A stretch of 64,000 bases of DNA from Candidatus Kaiserbacteria bacterium (GCA_016217965.1 JACRFI010000007.1:37815-101814); one strand, 5' to 3'; positions 9,482 through 19,022 are shown, counted from the first letter of the stretch. Translations and numbers: made by a program. The notes: generated by a model from the letters alone, not told the origin.

Positions 9482-10111
9482 CTACGGATTGTTAATTCGT
9501 TTACGTAGCTCGTGATATGCAATCTCTGCTTCCTCGACCTTGAGAAGTAAGAGCGATAGCTTAGTCGTTAGACCGCCTTTTCCTGGGCTCTTCGGAGTAG
9601 TGAGGATCTCCTCAATTATACTCACCCATCCTGTGAGTGGGTCGGATTGATCTACCAATGCATTGAGTTCTGCGTCTAAGCCTCGTGCCTTAGCGTCACT
9701 GGTGATCAATTTGATGTTTTCTCGTAGTCTGTGGGTCCGTTCCGATAAATTCGCAAAAGAACGCTTTTCAGCCGAAGGCACGTTTTGCGTTACGGCAGTC
9801 GTTTTCTCCGACTGCATAGCAGGAGTCGGAGTTTCATTCGATGGAAATGGCTCGCCTTTTTTTGCAGCAAAATACGCTCGCCGATGCATTTCGAACGCAG
9901 GGAACCGTATCGACAGACGATGTTTAAGCGATTGCGTCTCGCCAAGTTCCCGTATCAGGCTTTCCATTGACAGCAGGCCATCCCTTTTACGGATTTGATT
10001 GCCGACTTTATAGATGCGTTCGGGTGTGATCGTGTTGAGCCTTTCCGACGCATCAGTATTTCTTCTGTTATCTCGTTTGTATCCAAAATTTCGATCAGAT
10101 GGCTCAGACAT
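9482..10111 (-). CDS. Hypothetical protein (209 aa), charged, no TM
   Basis: Intact ORF between the exonuclease gene and hisS on the same strand; no recognisable family. Confidence 0.4.
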   Translation of the reverse strand: MSEPSDRNFGYKRDNRRNTDASERLNTITPERIYKVGNQIRKRDGLLSMESLIRELGETQSLKHRLSIRFPAFEMHRRAYFAAKKGEPFPSNETPTPAMQSEKTTAVTQNVPSAEKRSFANLSERTHRLRENIKLITSDAKARGLDAELNALVDQSDPLTGWVSIIEEILTTPKSPGKGGLTTKLSLLLLKVEEAEIAYHELRKRINNP

Positions 10112-10114
10112 ACA

Positions 10115-11371
10115 TCAACCTAAGGAAGAAAACAAGTGTTCTGCGATTCGATCTGCGGAAAGGGTCGTCTCGTTGCCTGTTGAGAGTTGTTTGATGGTGT
10201 ATTTGCCGGAATCGCGCTCTTTCTCGCCGATTGCGATAACAAACGGAACTTTCATTTTGTCCGCCTGCCGTATCTGGTCTCCAATGCGTTTTCCGGAGAA
10301 ATTGACCGCGACCGTGATATCTTCGTGCCGAAGGTCTTGTGCAAGCTTGGTTGCGTGACCAAGTGCGGACTCATCAACGACACATAGCATCAGTTCTGTT
10401 GCCGGCGCGTATTTTGGCAAGAGATTGTGGGTCGCAAGAAAATCGCGCAGGGCGACGTCGCCGACGGCAAATCCCACTGCCGCGACACTCTCAGCGCCGA
10501 AGATTCCAACGAGGCCGTCGTAGCGTCCGCCCCCGAAGAGGGAGCGTTTATTTTCTCCGGATGTATCGAACACCTCGAATACCATGCCGGTGTAATAATC
10601 GAATCCACGTGCGATAGACGTATCAACTACCATGTTGCCCACGCCAAGAGCCCTTACCTGTGTTTGCAGTTTCTCGAGGTATGCCGTGGAAGTGGTCCTG
10701 TCCACGTATTCTATGAGCTTTGCAGAACGATCTTTAAGGAGCTTCTTCAGCTCTCCTTCAAAATTGTCGAGTTTTGCACGTTTGTCCAAGAGCCTCGTTA
10801 CTTCCGGCCGCTCGGACGCCTGAACACCGCACGCATCGTACGCTGCGTCGAGAAAGCGTCGGTCAGACACGCGAAGTTCAAAGTTCCGTTCATCTGCGCC
10901 GAAAGAGCGCATGATGGAGTGGGCGAGCGCCAGTATCTCGGCGTCCGCTTCGATGCTCTCGCTTCCTATAATGTCGGCGTTCAGTTGCCAAAATTCTCGC
11001 TGCCTGCCTTTTCGAACTTGCTCGTAACGAAAGAAGTTGGCTATTGAATACCATCTGGCAGGCATGGGAATATCCCGCACTTTTGCCGCGATCATGCGCG
11101 CGAGCGTCGGCGTCATCTCGGGGCGAAGCGTTACCTCTCGGTCGCCTCGATCCTTAAATGTATACGTTTGTTCGTTCACTATCTCCTCGGATGTTTTCGC
11201 AAGGTACAAGTCGGTCGGCTCAAGAACCGATGCGTTGTATTCTTCGTAGCCAAAATGCTCGCACGCGCGCGCCATGCTCTCGAACATGTACTTCTGCAGA
11301 AATTGGTCCTCCGGGTAGAAATCCCTTACGCCTTTATACGGTTCTGTTGATAGATCGGTTTTTTTTGCCAT
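10115..11371 (-). CDS. hisS: Histidine--tRNA ligase
   Basis: Class-II aaRS motifs and HisRS-specific 'VRDFYPEDQ...TFKDRGDREVTLRPEMTPTLARM...FRYEQVRKGRQREFWQLNADIIG'; ATG (MAKKTD) at 11371 preferred over TTG-extended ORF start. Confidence 0.92.
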   Translation of the reverse strand: MAKKTDLSTEPYKGVRDFYPEDQFLQKYMFESMARACEHFGYEEYNASVLEPTDLYLAKTSEEIVNEQTYTFKDRGDREVTLRPEMTPTLARMIAAKVRDIPMPARWYSIANFFRYEQVRKGRQREFWQLNADIIGSESIEADAEILALAHSIMRSFGADERNFELRVSDRRFLDAAYDACGVQASERPEVTRLLDKRAKLDNFEGELKKLLKDRSAKLIEYVDRTTSTAYLEKLQTQVRALGVGNMVVDTSIARGFDYYTGMVFEVFDTSGENKRSLFGGGRYDGLVGIFGAESVAAVGFAVGDVALRDFLATHNLLPKYAPATELMLCVVDESALGHATKLAQDLRHEDITVAVNFSGKRIGDQIRQADKMKVPFVIAIGEKERDSGKYTIKQLSTGNETTLSADRIAEHLFSSLG

Positions 11372-11384
11372 AAGGTCCAATTAT

Positions 11385-11502
11385 TCAGTATTAATTTTCA
11401 ATTTGCAATTCTCAATTTTCAATGAATTTCCAATGGCTCAATGTTGAAAATTAATTCATTGACTTATTGATTGAAAATTGGAAATTGAGACTTGAAAATT
11501 TA
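11385..11502. repeat. AT-rich dispersed intergenic element, family A copy 2
   Basis: Aligns to 7810..7926 throughout ('ttctcaatt..caatgaattt..caatg...cattgattgaaaattg.aaattgagacttgaaaattta'). Confidence 0.8.
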
Positions 11503-12726
11503 TGCCGCCGGCAGTTCAACGAAAAACCGCGCTCCTTTGCCAGCGCCTGCAGATTCCGCCCATATCTTTCCTCCGTGCGCTTCGACTATCATGCGTGCGA
11601 CGTAGAGCCCGTAGCCAGTGCTTTCTGGGTTCACGGCAGACGAATTTTTTCCTTTGCCGCCTTCTGTAAAGAGTACTTGCATGTCCTCTGGCGTAATCCC
11701 GACTCCGGAATCTTTGACCGAAAAGACGATCATCCGTCCGGCATGGGCGAGAAGAACGCGAACCTCGCCGTGAGACGTATAGCGTACCGCATTATCAATA
11801 AGGTTCCTTAATACGTGGCGCCGGAGCTTTGCTTCGTCGCCTTCCAGCATGAAAGTCCCACCGTCTATCGTCGTATCAAGCGACAGGCCTTTTCGAGCTG
11901 CCGCACTGCGTATATCTTCCACTATCTCCAGTACGCTCGCTTTTGCATCGAACTGCTTTTTTTCAAGTGCCATTGTGCCGCTCTTGAAATTCGACGCGTC
12001 GAGTATGCCCATTACAGTGTCGACGCCTTTCCTTGTCTCGGATAGCGCAGTATTTGCGACCGATTTGACACTGTCCGGCACCGCGCCCACGTCGCCGTCT
12101 GCGATGACGGAGAGCGCGGATTCGCTCTTGGTGAGGTAGCTCTTCACTTCGTGCGCAATCGAGTGCAGCAAGCTCTCTTGGCGCTTTGTCGTCACTTCTA
12201 ATTCCGCTGTGCGGCCCAGCCGGCCAAGGATGATATTGCGAGCTTTCTCCGGATTCGGTATCCCTTCCACTTTCGCATACTCGTCGCTGGGCCCCGCAGT
12301 CTGTATCTCAATGGAACCGTAGCCGAAGAATTCCTGTACAAAGTTCTCGCTCCGCACGGTTATTTCCTGTACGCGATCCAATCCCCATGTCGCGATCTGG
12401 CGGTTAAAGAGCCCCACCTGATCGATATTCACGATCCGGCGGTCTGTGACTATCCAAAGGTCCAGATAGTAGTCTGTCCATAGGGCAAAGAGCGCCATCC
12501 ATACAACAAGGAGCCAAAGTGCCGTCGCGAAACTCGCGATTGCGGCGTATCCGATGGCGTCGAGGTAGAGCGATGGCACGGTCGCAATGATAAGTGGAAC
12601 GACAATGCCTGGGATGAGCCCGATGATGAGCGTTCCGATGGTGTCTCTGAGGAGGATGATCCAATGCTTCCGCAACTTCAGCAGGATTTTTTCTCCCGGC
12701 TCGATTTTGATATTTGGTAATGACAT
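11500..12726 (-). CDS. Sensor histidine kinase (2 TM, HisKA + HATPase_c), orphan
   Basis: H-box 'IAHEVKSYLT', C-terminal 'GYGLYVARMIVEAHGGKIWAESAGAGKGARFFVELP'. Confidence 0.8.
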   Translation of the reverse strand: MSLPNIKIEPGEKILLKLRKHWIILLRDTIGTLIIGLIPGIVVPLIIATVPSLYLDAIGYAAIASFATALWLLVVWMALFALWTDYYLDLWIVTDRRIVNIDQVGLFNRQIATWGLDRVQEITVRSENFVQEFFGYGSIEIQTAGPSDEYAKVEGIPNPEKARNIILGRLGRTAELEVTTKRQESLLHSIAHEVKSYLTKSESALSVIADGDVGAVPDSVKSVANTALSETRKGVDTVMGILDASNFKSGTMALEKKQFDAKASVLEIVEDIRSAAARKGLSLDTTIDGGTFMLEGDEAKLRRHVLRNLIDNAVRYTSHGEVRVLLAHAGRMIVFSVKDSGVGITPEDMQVLFTEGGKGKNSSAVNPESTGYGLYVARMIVEAHGGKIWAESAGAGKGARFFVELPAA

Positions 12727-12729
12727 TTT

Positions 12730-13047
12730 TTATGAGAGCGACACGATTGCGCCGAACATTGTCGAAAGAAGTAGGAATACGCCTATTGCATACAGAACAA
12801 GCGCGGCTGCAGGAACATATGCGTTCATCGCAAATCGCACCCAATGGTATGAAAGGATGCCGCCAAGAAGAATGGCAAGCGCGCTTGCTGCCGCGAACAA
12901 TAGCCACATCACGACTATAGCGAATTCTCCGGTAAGGGCGCCTTCTGGCATCAACGCATAGTAAACAGCGAACAGTAAACAGTAAACAGAAGGACATGGA
13001 CATCTTCTCGACGCAAGTGCCCACCGGATGGTATATTTCGCGCCCAA
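12730..13047 (-). CDS. Small hypothetical membrane protein
   Basis: 3 predicted TM helices; sits immediately upstream of the HK on the same strand; start uncertain. Confidence 0.3.
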   Translation of the reverse strand: MGAKYTIRWALASRRCPCPSVYCLLFAVYYALMPEGALTGEFAIVVMWLLFAAASALAILLGGILSYHWVRFAMNAYVPAAALVLYAIGVFLLLSTMFGAIVSLS

Positions 13048-13472
13048 TGAGATCGACTATTTTTCGTTCCAAATTTGCGATACGGCGCTCAAAGCCGGGA
13101 GCAGGGTATGGGCTTTTTGCGACTGCCCCCGTTTCTGCAGGAGATTTCGTTCTCGAATATAAGGGCCGGCATATCCCATCTGGTGCGGCAGATTCGCTCA
13201 AAACCCGTTACCTGTTTGAGATAGATTCGTTGTGGACTATTGACGGCTCTTCGCAGGGGAACACGGCGCGCTACATAAACCACTCGTGTGCGCCGAATTG
13301 CGAGGCAGAAATACGTGATGGAAAAGTGCTCATTTTTGCAGAGAGGGATATTGAGGCGGGGGAGGAGCTGACTATTGACTATGGCGAGGAATATTTTAAA
13401 GAATTTATAGAACCGAAGGGTTGCGCATGCGTAAAATGCGCACATCCGAGATTCGCATTCTGGAAACGGTAG
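13047..13472 (+). CDS. SET-domain protein (putative protein-lysine N-methyltransferase)
   Basis: SET motifs 'GYGLFA', 'RYINHSCAPNC', 'EELTIDYG' and post-SET 'CACVKCAHPRF' cysteine cluster. Confidence 0.75.
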   Translation: MRSTIFRSKFAIRRSKPGAGYGLFATAPVSAGDFVLEYKGRHIPSGAADSLKTRYLFEIDSLWTIDGSSQGNTARYINHSCAPNCEAEIRDGKVLIFAERDIEAGEELTIDYGEEYFKEFIEPKGCACVKCAHPRFAFWKR

Positions 13473-13488
13473 TGGTACTATCTGGGGC

Positions 13489-13860
13489 ATGTCAAAAACA
13501 ACTATTTTCTGGGTGGTGGTTGCAGTCCTTATCGTAGGAGGCATCGCAGGCAGTTGGTACATGAAAACGTTGCCGGGGAAGTACGACGCACTTGCGCAGT
13601 GTCTCACAGAAAAAGGCGCGAAATTTTATGGCGCGTTCTGGTGCCCGCATTGCCAGGAACAGAAGCGAATGTTCGGCAACTCTGAGAAACTGCTTCCGTA
13701 CGTGGAATGCTCGAACCCCGATCAGAAGACGCAAACGCAGGTCTGCATTGATATGAAGATCGAATCGTATCCGACGTGGATTTTTGCGGATGGGAGCAAG
13801 TTGACGGGAGAGAAACAGCCGAAAGAATTGGCGGAGAAAGCAGGTTGTCCCGTCGAATAA
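13489..13860 (+). CDS. Membrane-anchored thioredoxin-like protein (CPHC active site)
   Basis: N-terminal TM; 'GAFWCPHCQEQK' thioredoxin-fold motif; directly upstream of the DsbB-like gene. Confidence 0.65.
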   Translation: MSKTTIFWVVVAVLIVGGIAGSWYMKTLPGKYDALAQCLTEKGAKFYGAFWCPHCQEQKRMFGNSEKLLPYVECSNPDQKTQTQVCIDMKIESYPTWIFADGSKLTGEKQPKELAEKAGCPVE

Positions 13861-13968
13861 TTTTCAAGTCTCAATTTTGCAATTTTCAATCAATGTATCA
13901 ATGAATTAATTTTCAAACATTGGAACATTGAAAATTCATTGGAAATTGAGAATTGGAAATTTGAAACC
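13861..13968. repeat. AT-rich dispersed intergenic element, family A copy 3 (inverted orientation)
   Basis: Reverse complement of 7810..7926 matches at ~95% identity; overlaps the spurious N-terminal extension of the DsbB ORF. Confidence 0.8.
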
Positions 13969-14502
13969 ATGTTCGACATTCCGACAGTAAATTACGTTCT
14001 CGCTCTTGGGACGGTGTTCCTCCAGATTGCTGCGATCGCACTTCTTGTTCTCTGGTTTCTTAAAGAAAAGCAAGACTATTCATCATCTGCGGAGAAAGTT
14101 GGGAAATGGGGACTCTTGATAGGCCTCATTGTTTCGTTTGCTGCCGCTTTTATGAACCAGTACTACAACGAAGTATTGGGTATTCCACCCTGCGACTTGT
14201 GCTGGTGGGGGCGGATTTTTCTCTACCCTCAGATCATACTTTTTGGAATGTCTATCTATAAGCGTGATCATTACATTGCCGATTATGCCATCGTACTTTC
14301 AGTGCTGGGAGCTGCTGTTTCGCTCTACCACCACACGCTCCAGATGTTCCCGAACTCTTTGCCGTGTCCCGCCACCGGCGTCTCGTGCGCAACGCGTATC
14401 CTATTTGAATTTGGCTACATCACGTACCCGTTGATGGCGTTTTCTTTGTTCGCGTTCCTCATCGTGATGATGCTTTTTGTTCGCGCTAGCCGCTCGTCTT
14501 GA
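13969..14502 (+). CDS. Disulfide bond formation protein B (DsbB/BdbC-like)
   Basis: 4-TM protein with 'PPCDLCWWGRI' (first Cys pair) and 'CPATGVSC' (second pair); start taken at MFDIPTV downstream of the repeat. Confidence 0.7.
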   Translation: MFDIPTVNYVLALGTVFLQIAAIALLVLWFLKEKQDYSSSAEKVGKWGLLIGLIVSFAAAFMNQYYNEVLGIPPCDLCWWGRIFLYPQIILFGMSIYKRDHYIADYAIVLSVLGAAVSLYHHTLQMFPNSLPCPATGVSCATRILFEFGYITYPLMAFSLFAFLIVMMLFVRASRSS

Positions 14503-16168
14503 GCATATATTTTTCTATCTCGGCTTCTGTGCCTCCGATGCCTGGCATAGGCACTTTTTTGCCGGGGTTAAAGATGTTCTGAGGATCAAAGATTTTTTTC
14601 GTTTCCGCGAATAATTCAAGCATCTTGGGGCTGAACATTTTGCTGAGGAATGGTGTGCGGATGATGCCGTCATTGTGTTCTCCCGTGGTCGAGCCGCGGT
14701 ATTTGGCGACCAGGTCGTACACCTTGGGCGTTAACTCCATGATGATGCTCCGTGCCTTCGGGTCGGCGAGGTTCATGAGGGGGATGATATGAAAGTTCCC
14801 ATTCCCGACGTGTCCTGCAATGGTGTAAATAAGGTCGTAGTTCGACAGAAGCGAATTCAGCTCGGGTAAAAATTGAGGGTACGTGCTTGGCTCTACGACG
14901 AAATCATCGACGAACGGCGATGCATAATAGCCATGCAGGTTTTTACGAAGGAGTGCGAAGCTTTCTCGGCGCATGGTCCAGTATTTTTTTGTTGCCGCTT
15001 CATTTGCCGCGATTTTCATCTTGATGGGGAAATGCATCAGCGCCGCCCTTGTATCGATTGCCTTTTTAAGAGCGAGTTCATGCGTGTCTTCCGCAAATTC
15101 AGCCATGAGGATAAGTTTCGGCACGCCGCCCGTGAGAGCCATGCCTACTTCAGGAAGGAAAGAGAACCCTAAGTGAATTGCTTTCGCGATGCCCAGCTGC
15201 TTCAGTATTTGTGGCAAGAAGCGCACAGCAAGCTTGAATGTTTGGTCGTCGTACGATTCAAACGATTCTGGCTCGTGCTCAAGAACAGTACGCACAATGT
15301 CCGGGAGCGTTTTCAGGTCCGACATGAACACCACGAGCATCGCGTGGTGTGGTTTCGGTTTTACGAGGCCCAGCTTCATTTTTGTGACAAGCGCGAGCGT
15401 GCCCTGGGAGCCGGTAATGAGCTTTGTGAGGTCAAAGATGCCACTTTGCCTGTCGTATACATTCCAAAGTGCATAGCCTGCTGAATTCTTTGAGACGCGC
15501 GGCGTAGCCGCGCGTATCTCCTGCCAATTCTCTTCTATTAGCGCGTGCATCTTGCGGTATATCTCGCCTTCGAGATTTTGTTCGGCTTTTTTCGCCTCCA
15601 AGTCTGCGCGAGATAGCGGGCGGAGTATTGCTTTCGAGCCGTCCGAGAGGACGGTGTCGAGTTCTCGAACATAGCGGTCTGTCTTTCCGTATCGCAAGGT
15701 CAACTCGCCCGCCGAGTTGTTGGAGACAATGCCGCCGAGCGCGCATAGTTCGCGCGAGGCGGGGTAGGAAGCGAGAAGCATACCGTTCTTTGCAAGTGTT
15801 TCCTTTTCAAAGTCTCGGTAGTACATACCAGGCTCGGCGACAGCGTAGTCGCTTCCTATATCGAGCATGTGGTTCATATATTTCGTGAAGGAGACGACTA
15901 TCGAGTCTGTAAGCGGCCCTCCCGACATGTCGGTTCCTGCAGAGCGGCCTGTGACAGAAATGTCCTGCCCTTCTTTTTTTGCAGCGGAGACGTACCTCAC
16001 GAGCGCGGCTACATCATCAGTACTTTTTGGGCTCACGACGAGCTTCGGTCTTCGAGTAAAAATGCTCGTATCGCGGCTGAATTTTTTCAACGTTTCAGCA
16101 TCGTCAGCAACGTCTCCTTGTATGAGAGCAGCGAGGCTCTCTTTGAGAGTCATATCAATAAGTATCAA
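14486..16168 (-). CDS. FAD-linked oxidase (GlcD/D-lactate dehydrogenase-like, FAD_binding_4 + FAD-oxidase_C)
   Basis: 'PKLVVSPKSTDDVAALVRYVSA...ISVTGRSAGTDMSGG' and C-terminal 'GHVGNGNFHIIPL...GSTTGEHNDGIIRTPFL'. Confidence 0.75.
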   Translation of the reverse strand: MILIDMTLKESLAALIQGDVADDAETLKKFSRDTSIFTRRPKLVVSPKSTDDVAALVRYVSAAKKEGQDISVTGRSAGTDMSGGPLTDSIVVSFTKYMNHMLDIGSDYAVAEPGMYYRDFEKETLAKNGMLLASYPASRELCALGGIVSNNSAGELTLRYGKTDRYVRELDTVLSDGSKAILRPLSRADLEAKKAEQNLEGEIYRKMHALIEENWQEIRAATPRVSKNSAGYALWNVYDRQSGIFDLTKLITGSQGTLALVTKMKLGLVKPKPHHAMLVVFMSDLKTLPDIVRTVLEHEPESFESYDDQTFKLAVRFLPQILKQLGIAKAIHLGFSFLPEVGMALTGGVPKLILMAEFAEDTHELALKKAIDTRAALMHFPIKMKIAANEAATKKYWTMRRESFALLRKNLHGYYASPFVDDFVVEPSTYPQFLPELNSLLSNYDLIYTIAGHVGNGNFHIIPLMNLADPKARSIIMELTPKVYDLVAKYRGSTTGEHNDGIIRTPFLSKMFSPKMLELFAETKKIFDPQNIFNPGKKVPMPGIGGTEAEIEKYMLKTSG

Positions 16169-16260
16169 GTATCAGGTACCAAGTATCAAATAAGTATCAA
16201 GGTATAAGTATCAAGCGCCCTACGAGTTCTCTTGATACCTGATACTTGTAATTTGATACT

Positions 16261-17661
16261 TTACGGATTCTTTTTCCCCAACGTCTCCAAAAGTTTATCT
16301 ATAAGAAGCTCGGTTTCTTCTGGGTTTTGTACCTGGCGCGTCTCGACACTTGCTTCCATCACTGAGTAATCGTTGCCGCCCGGGTAAATTGCATCGCCCA
16401 CAAAAAGCATTTCTTTTGGCTGTATGCCGAGTTGTTTCGCAAGATACAGTGCTCCGTATGCTTTGTTTATGCCCTTTGGGGTGATATCTATTGTTGTTGA
16501 GCCGCCAATCGCTATCTCGAATCCCGGGATCTTCGCATCGAGCGCTTTCTTTAGTTTCGTTCGCTTCGAAAGGTCGGTATCCCAAGCTTTTTTCTCGGCT
16601 TGCGTGGCGTTGAGGCCGAGCGCGGTAAAGACTATCTTGGAATCGCGTTCGAGTATTTCCCATTGGTATTTCGGGGATCTCTCGATGATCCCCGTTTCTG
16701 CCACACCCTCTTTGATTGCTGCGATGATGCGTACTCGTTCCTCCGGCGTGTGCTTCACTTGGTATTGCGCGATCCATTTTCCATTCTCGAGCATGTGCGC
16801 TTCAGCGGACGCGTATGAAAATACGTATAGCCGCTTCACATGCGGGTGATCCTCAAGTGGCGGAAGGAAACTTTTTTCGATGCGGTCGAAGCTGGCCGCG
16901 GAAAGGATGGCAACTGGCACTCGGTCTAAGAGGCGAGAGAGTTTTTCTATCATTGGCGCGGTAGGTGGCTGCCAGCTTTCAACAAGCGTGTCGTCTAGAT
17001 CAAATAGTACGGCTTTCGGAACCTTTATTCTCTCGAAGCGATGCTTCCAGAATTCGCGCGCCAGAGGGATGCAGGTAACAACGATGATGGTGAGAACAAC
17101 GACTTCTATGTAATCGGCGGTCTTTGGGAATGTTTCCCCCAGCGCGTATCCGAGGAATGAGATGCCGCTTGCCCACAAGACACCGCCGAGCGCGTTGTAG
17201 AACATGAAGGCCCGGTAGTCCATGTTCGCAACGCCCGCGAGTATCGGAGCAAATGTACGGACTATCGGGACGAAGCGCGCGAGGAGGATGGTGCGTGTGC
17301 CGTACTTCGCATAAAAGCGACGCGTGCGCTCCAGATACTCGCGCTTGAAGAATCGTGAGTTGGGTTTGTCGAAAAGGTGAATGCCGACTTTCGAGCCGAA
17401 CCAATAGCCGACGTTATCGCCAAGGATGGCGGCTATTGCGACCAGAGGGACGATGATACGGATATCTAGAAATCCCTGAGAGGCGAGAAAACCAGAGGTA
17501 AAGAGAAGCGATGCGCCCGGCAAGAAAAATCCGATGATAAGACCCGATTCGGCGAAGATTATCGCAAAGAGTCCCGGGTACCCGATCCACTCGATAAATT
17601 GGGAAAGTTCCCAGGGCAACATAAGAGTATGTAGTATGACGTATAGAGTATGGAGCAGCAA
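16261..17661 (-). CDS. Fusion protein: DedA/SNARE-associated membrane domain + C-terminal HAD-IIB-type hydrolase domain
   Basis: N-terminal ~200 aa polytopic DedA-like; C-terminal 'KAVLFDLDDTLVES' (HAD motif I) and 'FVGDAIYPGGNDYSV' (motif IV), paralogous to 50658..51383. Confidence 0.6.
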   Translation of the reverse strand: MLLHTLYVILHTLMLPWELSQFIEWIGYPGLFAIIFAESGLIIGFFLPGASLLFTSGFLASQGFLDIRIIVPLVAIAAILGDNVGYWFGSKVGIHLFDKPNSRFFKREYLERTRRFYAKYGTRTILLARFVPIVRTFAPILAGVANMDYRAFMFYNALGGVLWASGISFLGYALGETFPKTADYIEVVVLTIIVVTCIPLAREFWKHRFERIKVPKAVLFDLDDTLVESWQPPTAPMIEKLSRLLDRVPVAILSAASFDRIEKSFLPPLEDHPHVKRLYVFSYASAEAHMLENGKWIAQYQVKHTPEERVRIIAAIKEGVAETGIIERSPKYQWEILERDSKIVFTALGLNATQAEKKAWDTDLSKRTKLKKALDAKIPGFEIAIGGSTTIDITPKGINKAYGALYLAKQLGIQPKEMLFVGDAIYPGGNDYSVMEASVETRQVQNPEETELLIDKLLETLGKKNP

Positions 17662-17699
17662 ATAAATACCCTATACACAATACCCTATACGAAATACGT

Positions 17700-18965
17700 T
17701 CAGACAAACGCATCAGGAATCGGGAATTTCTTGCACATTTTGCGGATGTCTTCGCGGACGCGCCTGTGGATCTTTTTATCGTTTTTGTTCTTGAGGGTCT
17801 CAATCATGAGTTCTGCCACTTTCGCACACTCTTTCTCTTTGAATCCGCGCGTCGTGATCGCGGGCGTGCCGAATCGGATGCCTGACGGGTCCATCGGTTT
17901 TCGTGTGTCGTCTGCTATCGAGTTCTTGTTGAGTGTGATGCCGACTTCATCCAATACCGTCTCCGCATCCTGGCCTCCGATGCCGAGAGAACCGTACACA
18001 TCCGCGAGAATGAGATGGCTGTCAGTACCTCCCGTTATCATTCTGATATTTGCACTCTTGAATACTTTTTCCATCGCTTTTGCGTTCTTGAGGACCTGTT
18101 TTGCATAGGTGCGGTACTTGGGGCTAAGTGCTTCACCGAAACATACTGCTTTTGCAGCGATGGTGTTCATCAGCGGCCCGCCCTGGAGTCCGGGGAAAAT
18201 GGACTTGTCTATTTTCTTTGCGATTTCCTCATTATCTCGAGTCAGTATCATTCCGCCTCGCGGGCCGCGCAGTGTCTTGTGCGTGGTCGTCGTCATGATG
18301 TCGAAGCCGAAATCGAAAGGGTTCTTCATTGCGCGGCCCGCAATGAGGCCCGCGATGTGTGCGATGTCCATCACCGCAAGTGCCCCAACTTCGCGTGCAA
18401 TCGAAACAAACTTTGCATAATCCAATTCACGAGGGTACGCAGAATAGCCTGCAAGAACTATTTTCGGCTTCTCTCGTTTCGCGACTTCACGCATCTCATC
18501 GTAGTCGATCTCTCCAGTATCCGCGTCTTTCATTTTGTAGCGGACGAATTTGTATATCTTTGTGAGATAGGTCACCGGATGCCCGTGTGTGAGGTGTCCG
18601 CCGTGCGAGAGATCCATGCCGAGCACAGTGTCGCCGGGGTTTAGGAGCGCGAAATACATGCCGACGTTCGCCGGCGCGCCCGCATGCGGCTGCACGTTAG
18701 CGAATTTGCAGTCGAAGAGTTTCTTGGCGCGATCTCTGGCGATATTCTCGACGATGTCGGTGTATGTCTGGCCACCATAGTAACGTTTGCCTGGATAGCC
18801 TTCGGAATACTTATTCGTGAGGTTTGAACTGTTTGCTTCACGGACTGCTTTCGAGACGTAGTTTTCAGAAGGGATAAGCTCGAGTCCGTCTCGCTGCCTC
18901 TCTTCTTCGCCCATGAGAGCTTTGTATACTGCCGGGTCTTGTTTTTTGACGTGGGGATATAGCAT
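17700..18965 (-). CDS. glyA: Serine hydroxymethyltransferase
   Basis: 'LELIPSENYVSKAVREA', 'GGHLTHGHPV', PLP-lysine region 'TTTTHKTLRGPRGG'. Confidence 0.93.
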   Translation of the reverse strand: MLYPHVKKQDPAVYKALMGEEERQRDGLELIPSENYVSKAVREANSSNLTNKYSEGYPGKRYYGGQTYTDIVENIARDRAKKLFDCKFANVQPHAGAPANVGMYFALLNPGDTVLGMDLSHGGHLTHGHPVTYLTKIYKFVRYKMKDADTGEIDYDEMREVAKREKPKIVLAGYSAYPRELDYAKFVSIAREVGALAVMDIAHIAGLIAGRAMKNPFDFGFDIMTTTTHKTLRGPRGGMILTRDNEEIAKKIDKSIFPGLQGGPLMNTIAAKAVCFGEALSPKYRTYAKQVLKNAKAMEKVFKSANIRMITGGTDSHLILADVYGSLGIGGQDAETVLDEVGITLNKNSIADDTRKPMDPSGIRFGTPAITTRGFKEKECAKVAELMIETLKNKNDKKIHRRVREDIRKMCKKFPIPDAFV

Positions 18966-19022
18966 AGCTTGTAGCTTTTAGCTGGTAGCTTGTAGCAAAA
19001 ATGTAAAGTAGCTAAATCATAT

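Noticed and set aside
12404-13201. 265-aa minus-strand ORF overlapping HK N-terminus and SET gene
   Set aside because: Overlaps two better-supported genes; Arg/Cys/His-rich nonsense-like composition
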